Source: Takakia lepidozioides
Lineage: Eukaryota; Plantae; Bryophyta
Length of the DNA stretch: 64,000 bases
NCBI GenBank assembly: GCA_030704615.1
Contig: CM060733.1
Coordinates: forward strand, 45,198,001-45,262,000
Reading direction: 5' to 3'
The notes beneath the pieces were generated by a model, which saw only the letters and a program-made list of their open reading frames with translations, ran no database searches and had not been told where the DNA came from. Shown one piece after another: positions 63,374-64,000 of the stretch (positions are counted from its first letter, which is position 1; each line of letters begins with the position of its first letter). The translations under genes and the position numbers were made by a program.

Positions 63374-64000
63374 ATGGCTTCCTCTGAAGCGGAGTTCTTC
63401 TCTGAAGACAAACCAGTCCCGTTCTCCCAGGAAGTCCTTGACAATGGATTTGCAATTGTTCTAGAACATGTCTTGGCTACCCGTTTTCAACTTCAGAATG
63501 GCTCCATATTTTTGGAGGTACGATTTGAAAATGAAGTTGTTGAAATATTCTTTCCAAAACCGTGAGACGGCTCATGTCAGCCAGTGGAGAGTGCGCCCTG
63601 GTTGATACAGAGTATTTGGAGAGCATCGGCGAAAGTCCATTGCATCATATGTGACGCCCGGGACTGCTGCTTCGGTCGTTGAAGACAAGAGGGAGGTGGT
63701 GGTGAAAAAAGAACAGACGTCCTCCACTCCAATCGTTGAGCTTTCGGATTCGTCCGATGATGACATAGGTGAAATTCCAAATCCAGTCCTTCCTACTGTA
63801 GTTGGAGAAGCAGATGAAGAAGATATTTGTAGTGTCATTCCAAAACTACGTGCGATGGGAGGAATGGCAGGTTTCAAAAGTGAATTGCGAGGAATTGATT
63901 TGGGAATCTTTGAAGCAGGTGCCTGTGAAGTTCTTGCCAGAGACTTTTGATGGCGATATCTTATTCGAGCTGACTCCTCCTCTGCGAGATGGAGGTGTAA
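63374..64000 (+). pseudogene. 5' part of MULE transposase, copy B (runs off the window)
   Basis: TPGTAASVV...VKKE...LSDSS...SVIPKLRAMGG...KSELR and FDGDILFEL match 53368..54039. Confidence 0.85.

Overview
Eukaryotic nuclear DNA from a land plant, probably a non-seed plant (TTTAGGG telomere repeats, GT-AG introns, plant OST48/DGL1; lineage assignment is inference). A small gene island (~10.9-31 kb) holds F-box/kelch-like pseudogenes, an At2g39950-like gene and OST48/DGL1, and is embedded in nested, mostly decayed transposable elements. Three element systems stand out. (1) A Ty3/gypsy family carrying a DNMT3-type C5 cytosine methyltransferase between protease and RT and a PHD finger after integrase; two partial copies (4.0-8.4 kb and 32.0-36.0 kb) together rebuild gag-PR-DNMT-RT-RH-IN-PHD. 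(2) An interstitial chain of endonuclease-less Penelope-like elements separated by TTTAGGG tracts (38.2-45.2 kb), with a degenerate hammerhead ribozyme and telomere repeats replacing the RT YxDD motif. (3) The best novelty candidate: a Mutator-like transposon (GCM-like/MULE/SWIM transposase) with a divergently transcribed multi-exon gene encoding a ParB/Srx-like WDGNHR domain, one intron of which holds an array of ~44-bp palindromes. This module is present as two diverged copies (50.2-60.1 kb; 60.1-64 kb) plus a relic exon inside an OST48 intron. All calls come from motif recognition by eye; no database searches were run.
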